A DNA stretch of 57,283 nt, from NCBI GenBank assembly GCA_042218325.1, contig JBDGRE010000023.1:1-57283 (forward strand). Reading direction: 5' to 3'. The notes under the pieces were generated by a model. That model had not been told where the DNA came from. It saw only the letters and a list, made by a program, of their open reading frames with translations, and made no database searches. Shown piece by piece: positions 9,502-18,479 of this stretch (its first letter is position 1; the number at the start of each line of letters is the position of its first letter). A program made the position numbers and the translations under genes. Source of the DNA: Candidatus Nanohaloarchaea archaeon (lineage in GTDB: Archaea; Nanohalarchaeota; Nanosalinia; Nanosalinales; Nanosalinaceae).

Positions 9502-9705
9502 GGGCCCGTAGCTCAGCCCGGACAGAGCGAGCGGCTTCGGTCGAACTTCTAAAAGTTCGATCCGCAGCAACTCCAATCGCTGCTTGAAGCAGCCTTCCAG
9601 CAGGAAGGATGCGTCATCATAAGGCATTCGTTGAATGCCTTTCAGTCGGCTTTTAGCGTTCGGCGAGATACCGCTAGGTCCAGGGTTCAAATCCCTGCGG
9701 GCTCG
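9502..9705 (+). tRNA. tRNA-Arg(TCG) with a 129-nt canonical-position intron (9541-9669)
   Basis: GGGCCCG/CGGGCTC acceptor, AGCGG/CCGCT anticodon stem, GGTTCAAATCC T-arm; BHB central helix imperfect. Confidence 0.9.
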
Positions 9706-9790
9706 TACAGTTTTCCTTATAAACACAGTCCAGATGCCACGAGTGCGGTTTTATAAAGATAGGAAGGGAATCCTAAGGTGTGTAAATTTG

Positions 9791-11062
9791 ATGAACTGGA
9801 TGAAACGGTTGAGAGAGATCCTCATCCAGCTACGCGACCGACTGGTTGATACTATGACACAAGAAGAAAGTCCCGAGCAGGAAATGGAAGAGAAGAAGGA
9901 AAAGCAGAAACAGGACAAGGAAGGCAAGGAACAGAGAGTCCAGTTCCCACAGTACTTCCAGGCCCAGCAGCAGAAAGACTCCAACCCGAACGGGACCAAC
10001 CTGAAGACGCCGGTCCTGAGAGGTGTAGTGGTGTCGGAGTTCGACGGCCAGCGCATCTGGGTGGAGGCCTCGGGCAACATGAAGGGCCGCTACGGGGTAG
10101 AAGTACCTAAAGGCTACGACCCGGAGGACCTCCAGGCAGGGACGGAGGTCGCGCTCGACCCGAACAGCTTCAAGGTAACTGATATAGTGGAGAAGAGCAG
10201 GGACGCCGATTTCAACCCTATCGAGACCGATGTCACCTTCCAGGACGTAGGAGGGCTCGACAACATAATCACCGCGCTGAAATCCAACGTCGGTGCGCAG
10301 CTTGACTCCGAGAAACGGGAGAAGATAAACGAGTGGGGCATGGACCTCGACAAGAGCATACTGCTTATCGGAAAGCCCGGGACAGGCAAGACGCACCTGG
10401 TCAAGGCGCTCAGCAACGAGTACGACGCCGACATGTTCATGATAAACGGCCCGCAGCTCGTCGAGAAGTTCATAGGTGAGGGCGCGAAGAAGGTCAAGCG
10501 GCTGTACGAGCAGGCGCGGGCCTCCGATAAACCCGCTATAGTATTCATCGACGAGATAGATGCTATCGCGAAGAAGCGGCTGGACGACCGGAGACACGGC
10601 GGCGAGGAGGTCGAGAGAACGATGTCGCAGCTGCTCAGCGAGCTGGACGGGCTCGACAAGGAGAAGGGCAGCGATGTCATCTCCATCTTCGCCACCAACA
10701 AGCCGGATGTCATGGACCCTGCGCTCTTGAACAGGTGCAGCGCCCTTGAGGTACCAGTGCCTGATGCAGGGGCGAAGGAGGAGATCCTAAAAGTCCACAG
10801 CAGGCGCATCGAGCTGGAGGACGGTGTCGACCTCGACCTAATCGCGGCAGAACTCGACGACGACTTCACGGGAAGAGATATCAAGCAGATAGTGAAGCAG
10901 GCCGCCATCAACGCACTGGAACGCTCCGAGTCAGTTTCGAGCGCCCGCGTAGGGATGGAGGACTTCCAGGAGGCCGTCGAAGACCTGAAGGAAGGCAACA
11001 TCGGAGTCGAGAAAGACTTCCTGTCCGGCGAGGAAGTCCACCCTGACGAGATGTTCGCATGA
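9791..11062 (+). CDS. Proteasome-activating nucleotidase-like AAA+ ATPase (start 9791 or 9854)
   Basis: OB-like N-domain, Walker A GKPGTGKT, pore loop KFIGEG, Walker B IVFIDEID, EVERTMSQLL, C-terminal MFA (HbYX-like). Confidence 0.75.
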   Translation: MNWMKRLREILIQLRDRLVDTMTQEESPEQEMEEKKEKQKQDKEGKEQRVQFPQYFQAQQQKDSNPNGTNLKTPVLRGVVVSEFDGQRIWVEASGNMKGRYGVEVPKGYDPEDLQAGTEVALDPNSFKVTDIVEKSRDADFNPIETDVTFQDVGGLDNIITALKSNVGAQLDSEKREKINEWGMDLDKSILLIGKPGTGKTHLVKALSNEYDADMFMINGPQLVEKFIGEGAKKVKRLYEQARASDKPAIVFIDEIDAIAKKRLDDRRHGGEEVERTMSQLLSELDGLDKEKGSDVISIFATNKPDVMDPALLNRCSALEVPVPDAGAKEEILKVHSRRIELEDGVDLDLIAAELDDDFTGRDIKQIVKQAAINALERSESVSSARVGMEDFQEAVEDLKEGNIGVEKDFLSGEEVHPDEMFA

Positions 11063-11083
11063 TTCCGTACCGAGGTGCAGCTG

Positions 11084-11305
11084 ATGGCTGACAAGCTCCG
11101 GAAAGAACTCAGGCTCGAGCGCCACGATGCTGCGGAGTTCCTGCGGGAGCTGGCCGACAGCATCGATGACGAGGACGAGGTCATGATACAGGGCGACGGC
11201 TGGAAGATATACCAGCCGTACGAGGACATAATCCCGTTCCGCATCATACAGAACGATTCAGGCCTCGAAGTCGACCTGAAGATGATTCCGCCCGAGGAAG
11301 AATAG
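11084..11305 (+). CDS. Amphi-Trp domain-like protein
   Basis: RHDAAEFLRELADSI...LEVDLK pattern. Confidence 0.65.
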   Translation: MADKLRKELRLERHDAAEFLRELADSIDDEDEVMIQGDGWKIYQPYEDIIPFRIIQNDSGLEVDLKMIPPEEE

Positions 11306-11581
11306 CTACCCCAAGTGTTCGAGCATCTTCTCCAGCTTGCGCTCCTTCTCCAGCGTCGAGCTCGACACGAGGAACTCCTGCGCGAGCTTGTAGAAGTAGC
11401 CTCTCGAACCTCTCAGCTGTTCCACTCTCTCGTTTATACCGGGCAGGTCCCGTCCTTCCTCTCTGTAGACCTCCTCTACGAGGATATCGAATATCCTGTG
11501 CATTTGATACCTTTTCTGCCCCACGTCATCGGTCTCGAGCTCCTCGAAAAGCCTTTCCGCCTCCTCAAGATCAGCCATCAT
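11306..11581 (-). CDS. Hypothetical helical protein
   Basis: 91 aa, translationally coupled to the upstream gene. Confidence 0.7.
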   Translation of the reverse strand: MMADLEEAERLFEELETDDVGQKRYQMHRIFDILVEEVYREEGRDLPGINERVEQLRGSRGYFYKLAQEFLVSSSTLEKERKLEKMLEHLG

Positions 11582-12468
11582 AGCTCCTCCATCAGTAGTT
11601 CCCGGGCCTCTCCGCCGTCGGCCTTGCCCCGCGTCTTCTGCATGACCTGGCCGAGCAGATAGTTGATGGCGGAGTCCTTGCCGTTCCTGTAGTCCTTGAC
11701 CGCGTCCGGGTTCTCGTCGATGATCTCCGAGACCGTTTTCTTCAGGTCAGCCTCACCGTCCCTGTCCGGGAAGCTACCGTCCTCCGCGAACCTCTCCGCC
11801 AGCTTCAGCATGTGCGTATCGTTTTCCGCCCGCTTGACCAGTTCTTTTACGTCTGCGCTGGAGAAACCGGTTTCCTGCCGGTTCAGGTTCCTTATAGCCT
11901 CAACTATTTCTGTGGCCGGGTTCTTGTCGGCCAGCTCAAGGAACATGCCGCGGTAGCCGTTCTCGAGCAGGAAGTTCGCGTCCTCTTCATCGACAAAATT
12001 TTCGAGCTGCTTCCTGTCGCGTTGGTCTGTCACCACTATATCCTTTACCTCGACCTCGCAGTCGAGTTCCGCAAGCGCGGCCCTGAAACCCTCCACCGGA
12101 TAGACCACGCCTTCCTTCCTGTTGCCGACGGTGTGTGAGAGCTCTTCCTGCTCGAACAGTCTCTCATCCACGACGTGCGGAAGTTCTGTCGAGAACGGAT
12201 GGACGGTCCCGGATTCCTGGCCCGTTAGGTCCTCAGACCTGCCCGGAGGCACCATCCTGTGCTCTCCGAACTTCGTTCCCGAGAGCTTCCGGTCCCCCGG
12301 TATACATACGTGGTACAGCTGGCCGTCTCTCTCCACCACGAGGCTCTTGACGATACATCCCGGGTCCACATCTCGCGCATCCGCGGCCTCGCTGCAGGTC
12401 TCGACAGGGCCGTGCTCCACAATCTCGTAATCTATACCGTAGGCGTCAAGAAAGCTGTCCGCGCTCAT
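11578..12468 (-). CDS. YbaK/ProX aminoacyl-tRNA deacylase fused to a GatB/Yqey tail domain
   Basis: N-terminus IVKSLVV...TGQESGTVHPF (YbaK). C-terminus ENPDAVKDYRNGKDSAINYLLGQVMQKTRGKAD closely matches the tail of the adjacent GatB. Confidence 0.85.
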   Translation of the reverse strand: MSADSFLDAYGIDYEIVEHGPVETCSEAADARDVDPGCIVKSLVVERDGQLYHVCIPGDRKLSGTKFGEHRMVPPGRSEDLTGQESGTVHPFSTELPHVVDERLFEQEELSHTVGNRKEGVVYPVEGFRAALAELDCEVEVKDIVVTDQRDRKQLENFVDEEDANFLLENGYRGMFLELADKNPATEIVEAIRNLNRQETGFSSADVKELVKRAENDTHMLKLAERFAEDGSFPDRDGEADLKKTVSEIIDENPDAVKDYRNGKDSAINYLLGQVMQKTRGKADGGEARELLMEEL

Positions 12469-13919
12469 CCCAGCCGCTCTTCGATCTTCTCTCGCGCAGT
12501 TTTGGGGTCGGCCTTGCCGCCGCTCGACTGCATCACCTGGCCGACCAGGAAGTTGAGCGCACCCTCCTCTCCCGATTCATAGTCCTCAACCGCGTCCGGG
12601 TTCTCTTCTATGACCTTCTCTACTATCTCGTCGACCTCCGACTCCTCGGCCTTGAGGAGGTCCTGGTCCTCAGCTCTCTCCCTGAGTCTCGACTCCTCTA
12701 CATCCATACTCATCTCAGCGGAATCAGTTAATAGAGTTGGTTCTTCCACTTCTTCCCTGACAAGTTTCTCGGCGTTTCTGTCACTAATCTCATCTTCCTC
12801 TATCAAGGTAAGGAGCTCATGGAGGAACCTCAAAGAAACAGCTGATTCGGAGTATCCGACATCAATGTAGTTCAGCGTCTTCTTCAGCTCACCGGTAAGC
12901 CACGAAGCTGTAAGCTCCGGGTCGTGCTCTTCCGCAAGTTCCTCGTAGTCGTCGGCGAGGGCCGGGTCGGTGATGAGAGATTCGACCTGTTTGTCGCTGA
13001 TTCCGTACTGCTGCTTGAAACGCTCAAATTTTTCGTGCGGCAGCTCCGGTATCTCGTCTTTCATCTCCTCGCGGAACTTTTCGTCCAGCTCCTGCCGTGT
13101 CAGGTCAGGGTCGAATATGTAGCCGTAGTCCTCCTCGTGCTCCTTCTCGCGGAGCCTCTCGGTTATCTCCTGGTCTGCGCTGTAGCTCCGGGTCTCCTGC
13201 TCTACCTCACGGTTCCTCCGCTTAAGCTGCCGCTGTCTTGAAATCTCGTAGCTCAGCGCCTTCTCGATGCCTGCTGTACCTGTTATGTTCTTCACCTCTA
13301 CCCGGGCACCTCCCTCGATGGAGATGTTCGCGTCGCTCTTGATAGCGTAGTCCGACTCCGGCTCGTATACGCCGAGGTACTCGAGCATCCGGGAGAGCTG
13401 CTGTAGATATGCGCGGGCCTCCTCCGGTGACTCGAACACCGGCTCTGTGACGATTTCGAGTAGCGGGGTGCCGGAGCGGTTGTAGTCGACCCGTGTGTAC
13501 TCCGCATCGGCGACCGAGCCACCGACGTGTTCCAGTTTGGCCGGATCCTCCTCCATGTGTAGCCGGGAGATGCTGACCTCTTTCTGGCTGTCGCCGACCT
13601 TGATGTCGATGCTTCCTGTCCCGCCGACCGGGACCTCGTACTGTGTTATCTGGTAGTTCTTGTTCATGTCCGGGTAGAAGTAGGTCTTGCGGGAGAAAAA
13701 GACATCCTCGTTGATATCGCAGTCAAGCGCCAGCGAGGTCTTTACCGCCTCCTCCAGCACCTGTTTGTTCAGCCGTGGCTTGCTGCCAGGATGGCCGAGA
13801 CAGGTCTCGCAAACGTGTGTGTTGGGTTCCTCCGCCTCGCTGTTCGGGCAGCCGCAGAAGAGCTTCGTGTCTGTATCAAGCTGGACGTGTGTCTCCAGGC
13901 CTATTTTGACTTCAACCAT
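12465..13919 (-). CDS. gatB: Asp/Glu-tRNA amidotransferase subunit B
   Basis: IGLETHVQL, RKTYFYPD, HMEED, DYNRSGTPLLEIVTEP, RVEVKN. Confidence 0.97.
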   Translation of the reverse strand: MVEVKIGLETHVQLDTDTKLFCGCPNSEAEEPNTHVCETCLGHPGSKPRLNKQVLEEAVKTSLALDCDINEDVFFSRKTYFYPDMNKNYQITQYEVPVGGTGSIDIKVGDSQKEVSISRLHMEEDPAKLEHVGGSVADAEYTRVDYNRSGTPLLEIVTEPVFESPEEARAYLQQLSRMLEYLGVYEPESDYAIKSDANISIEGGARVEVKNITGTAGIEKALSYEISRQRQLKRRNREVEQETRSYSADQEITERLREKEHEEDYGYIFDPDLTRQELDEKFREEMKDEIPELPHEKFERFKQQYGISDKQVESLITDPALADDYEELAEEHDPELTASWLTGELKKTLNYIDVGYSESAVSLRFLHELLTLIEEDEISDRNAEKLVREEVEEPTLLTDSAEMSMDVEESRLRERAEDQDLLKAEESEVDEIVEKVIEENPDAVEDYESGEEGALNFLVGQVMQSSGGKADPKTAREKIEERLG

Positions 13920-13945
13920 ATGAAAGGTGTCCAAGGCGAAGCTTT

Positions 13946-15202
13946 TTACTTTTCTCTCTGGTAGCCGAGCAACCTGCTCAGCTGCCTGACCTCTTCGATG
14001 TACGTCTCGTCTTCCCAGTCGACCTCGTCGAGGGGGACGCCATCCATGTCTTCCCTGCCCTCGTATCCCGTGGCGTGCTCGGTCAGGTGGCTGGCAAGTT
14101 TGTAAGACGCTTCTACAGCCGGCGTCTCCTCGGTTATTATGCGGTTGGCCTCCTCTGCCTGTTCACCGGATGGGTCCTCCTTTCGCAGCAGCCTTGTAAG
14201 CTTCTCATCGAGCGGCTGGCCCCACCGGTCCACCGGGGTCTCCTCTTCAGGAAGCGAGTGGAGATACCTCTCCGCGATGTAAATCGGGACGGTGTAGTTT
14301 TTGCCCTCGATATCGGAGTTCCGGCCGTGCTCCAGGTCCAGGACATCGTCAGTCACCTGGAACGCCTGACCGGCCTCACGACCCCATTGCTCGAGTTCGT
14401 CGCCGTCGTACTCCTCAGAAATTATACGGGTGAAACGGCCGAGAAGCGCGAACAGCTCGGCGGTCTTCCCCTCGTTCGTGTCGTGCAGGTGGGCCATGAC
14501 ATCGAGATCGCCGCCGAGATAGTTCGGCGTCAGGCGGCCCTCACCGATTTCGGTCCCCGCGAGGTCGAGATTCTGGCCATCGGCAAGCCTCTGCTGTGAC
14601 TCGTCGATCGCATATCTTAACTGCTCTCTCTGTTCATATGAGAGACTGTCGAGACCGGATATCATCCCCGGGACCCGTGATTTCACGGAGAGGAAGTAGT
14701 TGTTCGCTATGTGGTCGCCGAGGCTACCCACGTCCGGTTCCTGCCTCGGGAAAGCAGGTATCAGTGAGGCCAGCCTCCCGATAACGCCTCCGCGGGGCTC
14801 GAAAAGACCGCTTCCGTCGTCTTCGAGGTAGTGGGAGGCGTAGCGGTGCAGCGTCGGTAGGTCGTTCCTCTCGAGGTCGCCGTCCTGTATGTCGTCGATC
14901 CCCTTGGTGTAAAAATGTACGCCCTCCACTGCCGAGAGCAACTGCAGCTGCTGTTCTTCGGGTATTTTCACGCCGGCGGCCTTGAAAAGTTTTCTACCGA
15001 TTCCCGGCCTTGCCCGTTTCTGGTCGGGTGAAAGCATGAGCCTGGCGCCGTGCTTCTCCAGTTCTTCCAGGACTTCCTGCCCTCGCTCCTCCTCGACCAG
15101 ATACTCCGCGAGCAACCGGGAAACATTGGCCCAGTCTTCCCTGGAGATCATCGATGGGACAGGCGGCTCACTTTCCTCTACCTGCTCCAGCGCCTCGTCC
15201 AC
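13946..15202 (-). CDS. Polyprenyl (isoprenyl diphosphate) synthase family protein
   Basis: FARM DDIQDGDLER, GQNLDL, KTAELF, SARM AFQVTDDVLD. The frame is open a further 32 codons upstream to CTG at 15298. Confidence 0.8.
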   Translation of the reverse strand: MDEALEQVEESEPPVPSMISREDWANVSRLLAEYLVEEERGQEVLEELEKHGARLMLSPDQKRARPGIGRKLFKAAGVKIPEEQQLQLLSAVEGVHFYTKGIDDIQDGDLERNDLPTLHRYASHYLEDDGSGLFEPRGGVIGRLASLIPAFPRQEPDVGSLGDHIANNYFLSVKSRVPGMISGLDSLSYEQREQLRYAIDESQQRLADGQNLDLAGTEIGEGRLTPNYLGGDLDVMAHLHDTNEGKTAELFALLGRFTRIISEEYDGDELEQWGREAGQAFQVTDDVLDLEHGRNSDIEGKNYTVPIYIAERYLHSLPEEETPVDRWGQPLDEKLTRLLRKEDPSGEQAEEANRIITEETPAVEASYKLASHLTEHATGYEGREDMDGVPLDEVDWEDETYIEEVRQLSRLLGYQREK

Positions 15203-15321
15203 AGTCTCGGATATGCTTCTCTGCTCCCCTGACTCCAGCAGGTCACGTATACGCTGGCCTTCACCTGCAGGAATAGTTGCTATCTTTAGCCCCTCCAGTT
15301 ACTACAGGGGTTGCAAATTAT

Positions 15322-16683
15322 TTAACGCTGGTAAGTATGGGCCGAGTCGAGCACCTTTTTCTCCTCGAAATGGTCGCCTACAAGATGGAGACCGGTCGGC
15401 ATACCGTTGCTCGTGCCGTTCGGGACGGACACCATCGGCATCCCGGCGAGGTTAGGGCCTACAGTGAGGGTGTCCATCGCGTAGACCTCTGTCGGCGAGA
15501 GCTGCTTGGCTTCGTCTATCCTCGGCGCGATGTTGGGCATGGAGGGCGAGGCAAGCACGTCGTACTCCTCGAACGCGGACCTGAACTGGTCGATTATCTT
15601 CTGCCGCACCTCTGCGGCCTTGACGTAGTACTGGTCCCTGTAACCTGTCATCCGGGTGTACGTCCCGACCAGTATGCGGCGCTTGGCCTCCTCGCCGAAG
15701 CCCTCCGACCTCACGGACGAGAAGTAGTCGTTGAAATCTTCGAAATCCTCCGGGTCCCCCTCGAGACCGTACCGCATACCGGAGAACTTGGCCAGGTTGG
15801 TCGAGGCCTCAGCCATCGCCAGGACATAGTAAGCGGGCAGGGCGACGTCTGCGGACAGCATCGGCATATCGATTTTCTCCACTGTCGCGCCTTTCTCCTC
15901 AAGTTCCTCGAGAGATTCCTCGAAGTTCTCCCTTACACCGTCTTCAAGGCCTTCAAGCTCAAGGTACTGCTCCGGGACGCCGACCTTCAGCTCCCGCGCC
16001 TCAAGATCGGAGAACTCCGGCACGTCTTCCTGCGAGGTCGTCTGGTCCCGCCTGTCTTTCCCCGCGATGACCTCGAGGCCTTTCGCCGCCCCGTAAACGG
16101 TTTTCGCGAGCACGCCTATCTTGTCCAGCGAGTTCGCGTAGCTGATGAGACCGTACCGGGAGACCCTGCCGTATGTCGGGGTCAGGCCCACGACGCCGTT
16201 GTAAGCCGCCGGGTTCGTTATGGAGCCCCCTGTCGACTCCCCTATGGAAATCACCGGCTGGTCCATGGCCGCGACGATGGCACCGGCGCCTCCTGAAGAG
16301 CCGCCCACGACTCTTTCCGGGTCATGCGGGTTCTTCGGCGTCCCGAAGGCGCAGTTAGTCGAGAAAGTTCCGAAACCGAACTCGTCCTGCTGCGTTTTCC
16401 CGTAGAACTTCGCGCCCTCCTGTTTCAGCCTTCCCACGACCGTGGCGTCGAACACCGGCCGATAATCCTCTATCATCTTAGAGCCAGCGCTCGTAGTAAC
16501 GTTTTCCGCGCAGATGGCGTCCTTCACGACAAAAGGCACCCCGGAAAGCTCGCCGTCGCCGGGCTCCCCCTCTGCGACTTCTCGCATGAAGCCGAGCTCC
16601 TGGTTCTTTTCCTCCAGCTCGTCTATGAACGCGTCGTGGTCGACCTCCCTGTTTCCTTCTACTATGTCTTTTACTGTAGCCAT
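15322..16683 (-). CDS. gatA: Asp/Glu-tRNA amidotransferase subunit A
   Basis: Amidase signature GGSSGG, STGGSI, RRILVGTY. Confidence 0.96.
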   Translation of the reverse strand: MATVKDIVEGNREVDHDAFIDELEEKNQELGFMREVAEGEPGDGELSGVPFVVKDAICAENVTTSAGSKMIEDYRPVFDATVVGRLKQEGAKFYGKTQQDEFGFGTFSTNCAFGTPKNPHDPERVVGGSSGGAGAIVAAMDQPVISIGESTGGSITNPAAYNGVVGLTPTYGRVSRYGLISYANSLDKIGVLAKTVYGAAKGLEVIAGKDRRDQTTSQEDVPEFSDLEARELKVGVPEQYLELEGLEDGVRENFEESLEELEEKGATVEKIDMPMLSADVALPAYYVLAMAEASTNLAKFSGMRYGLEGDPEDFEDFNDYFSSVRSEGFGEEAKRRILVGTYTRMTGYRDQYYVKAAEVRQKIIDQFRSAFEEYDVLASPSMPNIAPRIDEAKQLSPTEVYAMDTLTVGPNLAGMPMVSVPNGTSNGMPTGLHLVGDHFEEKKVLDSAHTYQR

Positions 16684-16785
16684 AAACCCGGCTTTTCTAC
16701 GAAGCTTAAAAATTCATCAGCACCTTGCGGGCGGAAGACCCGGAGAGAGGAAACTCTTTTAACCATGTAACTACTACCAAGTGGT

Positions 16786-17234
16786 ATGAACCTCGTTGAT
16801 GAAACATTACCTGGGGAAGCCAGGAGCTACCTGGAGCAGCTTCAGGGGGTAGAGGCGGAGTACGAGACGAAGTTCGCGATCGACCAGCACTACACCGATT
16901 TCTACGACGAGATGAGGGACGCCGCCCGGACCGTCCAGGAGGAGATAAAAGCCGCCCACGCGATGAAGGAGATCTCTGAATCGCCCGTAGATACACCGAC
17001 CGGCCTGATGTTCCCTGTAGAGAAGCTCTTGGAGGCAGAATTCGAGCTACAGACGACGAGCCTTCAAGCCCCTCCGGAAGAGGAGGAAGAAGCCAGAGAC
17101 ATCTTGAAACCATAAACGAGGCCAGAAAATACGCGCTGGAAGTGGCAGGGTCCTCAGATTACGGCGAACAGTTTGAGAACGCAAGGCAGCAGCAAGAGAT
17201 GGTAATACTCAGGAATTCTGATCGGCTTGATTAA
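16786..17234 (+). pseudogene. Frameshifted hypothetical protein
   Basis: ORF 16786-17115; an alternative frame from GCCAGAGACAT (~17092-17102) continues HLETINEARKYALEV...DRLD* to 17234. Confidence 0.5.
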
Positions 17235-17351
17235 TCCCGTTCACATTCATCCAGATGGAAACTTTCCCCGCATTCACTGCATGTCGGGAACATAGGCCGG
17301 TAGTTCGAGAACTCCATCCTGCCCCCGCATTCCGGGCAGCGCAGCTCTTTC

Positions 17352-17843
17352 CTACCCGACGTCATGGAACTCCACCTCACCATCCGTCAGCTCCAGGGTT
17401 GCGACATGTAGATCTCCCGGCGCGAAAGGCACCGAGATACCTCCCGGGTTGATCTCGACGGTGCCGTCGGCCTCTCTCAGGTTCTTCTCGTGGTTATGAC
17501 CTCTCAGGACGTAGTCGTAGTCGCCGCAGCCGCGGAGCGCGTCGACGATTTCTTCCTCGGTGCCGTGGTAGACCGCGATCTTTCTACCTGAGAGTTCCAG
17601 CTCCGCGACGTTGTTGTAGAAATCGCCGAACTCCTCCACGGTCGACTTGAGGTTCCACTCACCATCGTTGTTGCCCCGGACACAGTAGAAGTCGAAGTCA
17701 GCGTCGAAAAGCTCCGCCGTGAAGGGAGCTACCATGTCGCCGCAGTGGACCACTGCATCGACCTCCTGCTCCTCGAAAAAGTCTACCGCCGAGCGGGCCA
17801 GTTCGAGGTCGTCGTGGGTGTCGGAGATGATTCCCAGCTTCAT
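17352..17843 (-). CDS. YfcE/MJ0936 family metallophosphoesterase
   Basis: SDTH, HCGD, GNND, HG, GHNH, INPG motifs. Confidence 0.92.
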   Translation of the reverse strand: MKLGIISDTHDDLELARSAVDFFEEQEVDAVVHCGDMVAPFTAELFDADFDFYCVRGNNDGEWNLKSTVEEFGDFYNNVAELELSGRKIAVYHGTEEEIVDALRGCGDYDYVLRGHNHEKNLREADGTVEINPGGISVPFAPGDLHVATLELTDGEVEFHDVG

Positions 17844-17895
17844 ATTCAGGAGTTTCGAGACCAGTCTTAAGTCGTTTCATCCCGCAACCCGGGAC

Positions 17896-18474
17896 ATGCA
17901 ACTGGAAAAGGCGGCGTTCGGGATGGGCTGCTTCTGGGGGCCAGAGGCGCTGTTCGGCTCTCTGGACGGTGTCATCAGGACCCGCGTGGGGTACGCCGGT
18001 GGAGAAAAAGAGGACCCGACGTACGACGACCTCGGCGGCCACACCGAGACCGTTCTGGTGGAGTACGACCCGGAGAAGATAGGCTACGAGGACCTGCTCG
18101 ACGTGTTCTGGGAGAACCACGATTTCCGCAGCTACCGTAAACCGCAGTACGCGTCGAAGATCTTCTACCTGGACCAGGAGCAGAAGGATATCGCCGAGGT
18201 CATGATACAGAACTATCCGGACGCGGAGACCGAGATACAGCCACTGGAAAACTTTACTGTGGCGGAGGACTACCACCAGAAGTACCGGCTGAGGCACTCT
18301 GGACTCATGGAGCAGTTCGAAGATAGCCGAAACTCCCCCGGAGTTTCTGGGCCTCCAGAAAATCTCCGATTTTCGAACATGAGTGACAAAGAGTTGCGTG
18401 ACTCGCCGCTCGCGGCGAAGGCGAACGCGGTGGCCGCGGGAAAGCTGGATAGAGATGAGCTCGATCCGGACTGA
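17896..18474 (+). CDS. msrA: Peptide-methionine (S)-S-oxide reductase
   Basis: GCFWG, TRVGYAGG, GHTE, AEDYHQKY; carries an apparent ~18-aa insertion. Confidence 0.93.
   Translation: MQLEKAAFGMGCFWGPEALFGSLDGVIRTRVGYAGGEKEDPTYDDLGGHTETVLVEYDPEKIGYEDLLDVFWENHDFRSYRKPQYASKIFYLDQEQKDIAEVMIQNYPDAETEIQPLENFTVAEDYHQKYRLRHSGLMEQFEDSRNSPGVSGPPENLRFSNMSDKELRDSPLAAKANAVAAGKLDRDELDPD
18327..18376 (+). repeat. Twin-hairpin mini-element, in frame in msrA
   Basis: cc GAAACTCC-CCC-GGAGTTTC tgggcctcca GAAAATC-TCC-GATTTTC ga. Confidence 0.8.
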
Positions 18475-18479
18475 ATGAT

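Noticed and set aside
10114-11247. Long antisense ORFs (also 4084-4932, 15277-16296, 30516-31520, 36188-37144)
   Set aside because: Shadow frames of high-GC3 acidic genes; Ser- or Leu/Val-rich with no motifs.
18315-18378. CDS insertions (msrA, MBL, valS) as BHB mRNA introns
   Set aside because: I could not build a convincing bulge-helix-bulge at their borders, and all preserve the reading frame without stops; not excluded without RT-PCR.
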